Source: Candidatus Aldehydirespiratoraceae bacterium (GTDB taxonomy: Bacteria; Actinomycetota; Acidimicrobiia; Acidimicrobiales; Aldehydirespiratoraceae). From it: a stretch of DNA of 64,000 nucleotides. Below are positions 63,437 through 64,000 of this stretch, piece by piece (the first letter of the stretch is position 1; each line of letters opens with the position of its first letter). The notes under the pieces were generated by a model. The model ran no database searches, was not told the DNA's origin, and was given only the letters and a program-made list of their open reading frames with translations. The DNA is taken from assembly GCA_965203375.1 (NCBI GenBank), contig OZ241886.1, positions 28,818 through 92,817 of the forward strand, read 5' to 3'. A program made the position numbers and the translations under genes.

Positions 63437-63916
63437 TCAGGCGTCGGCGGCGAACATGGCGGCGGTCGCGGCTTCGATCTCCTCGGGCGGGACGTCGCGT
63501 ATGTGGGTGGCGAAGGACCACTCGTGGCCGAACGGGTCACGGACCCGGCCGAAGCGGTCGCCCCAGAACATGTCGTCCACCGGGAAGGTGATCTCTGCGC
63601 CGGCGGCCACCGCCCGGGCCACGGCCGCGTCGCAGTCGGGCACGTAGCAGTGCATGCTCACGGTGGTTCCCCCCAGGCCGGTGGGCGACGACTCCTTGCC
63701 GCCCATCATCTCGGGGAAGTCGTCGGCCACGAACACCGGCAGGCCGCCGATGTCCATCTCGGCATGCACGATCCTCCCGTCGGGGGCGGACATCCGCATG
63801 GTCTCGACGGCGCCGAAGGCCTCGGCGTAAAAGGCGATGGCCTCGTCCGCCCCCTCCACGCACAAGTAGGGCACGGCGTGGCCGCGGTTCTCGGGGACGG
63901 GCTGTGCTTCGGTCAT
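63437..63916 (-). CDS. VOC (glyoxalase/bleomycin-resistance, PhnB-like) family protein
   Basis: GGAGG precedes ATG63916. VPYLCVEGADEAIAFYAEAFGA...FWGDRFGRVRDPFGHEWSFATH. Confidence 0.8.
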   Translation of the reverse strand: MTEAQPVPENRGHAVPYLCVEGADEAIAFYAEAFGAVETMRMSAPDGRIVHAEMDIGGLPVFVADDFPEMMGGKESSPTGLGGTTVSMHCYVPDCDAAVARAVAAGAEITFPVDDMFWGDRFGRVRDPFGHEWSFATHIRDVPPEEIEAATAAMFAADA

Positions 63917-63929
63917 CGGAGCCTCCAGT

Positions 63930-63983
63930 GGTCGGTTGGTCGGTCGGGGCCGGTCGGGGCCGGTCGGGCGGTCGGGGTCGGTC
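63930..63983. repeat. GGTCGG(GG) microsatellite
   Basis: GGTCGGTTGGTCGGTCGGGGCCGGTCGGGGCCGGTCGGGCGGTCGGGGTCGGTC lies upstream of the VOC gene. Several GGGG runs. Confidence 0.7.
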
Positions 63984-64000
63984 AAATCAATGGCGGCGGA

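Noticed and set aside
63917-63985. Extended start of the VOC gene at 63985 (MTDPDRPTGPDRPRPTNRPLEAP...).
   Set aside because: The extension is encoded by the GGTCGG microsatellite, whereas ATG63916 has a GGAGG RBS and yields a normal-length VOC protein.

Overview
This is a 64-kb segment of a high-GC, actinobacterial-type chromosome (crgA, a DUF222-HNH '13E12-like' gene, TadE-like pseudopilins, PPK2, dcd, prfC, xseAB, pncAB). The core content is ordinary housekeeping and metabolism (about 21.5-34.2 kb and 36-46 kb) plus a catabolic/transport cluster (51.3-62.1 kb). Seven visibly AT-richer or decayed accessory patches are interspersed. (i) 0.1-2.3 kb: an NYN gene followed by triplicated terminator modules and three decayed MNT-nucleotidyltransferase fragments. 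(ii) 2.6-7.2 kb: a GT-C-type membrane glycosyltransferase island. (iii) 7.2-15.3 kb, directly downstream of (ii): a tandem array of pilin-like/TadE-like cassettes with intact, 5'-truncated and frameshifted copies, interrupted by an AT-rich insertion at 12.5-14.3 kb. (iv) 15.6-17.3 kb: an AT-rich island encoding an oversized proteasome-beta/HslV-like Ntn-hydrolase candidate with an overlapping 64-aa ORF; this is my best candidate for an undescribed system. (v) 19.6-21.3 kb: a single-gene OLD/PARIS-like ABC-ATPase fused to a DUF4435/Toprim-like domain. (vi) 46.4-50.1 kb: DarTG, a darT remnant and a DUF222-HNH gene. (vii) 62.1-63.4 kb: an ORC/STAND-like ATPase preceded by a perfect 20-bp AT-rich inverted repeat. 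Two tRNAs (Ala-TGC, Gly-CCC) lie at 30.6-30.9 kb. Across the window, many intergenic spacers are built from local tandem duplications of the adjacent gene end, often including the stop codon, and a 48-nt palindromic element occurs four times. All family assignments come from motif recognition by eye; no searches were run. Most long ORFs on the opposite strand or in other frames of real genes are GC-driven shadows.
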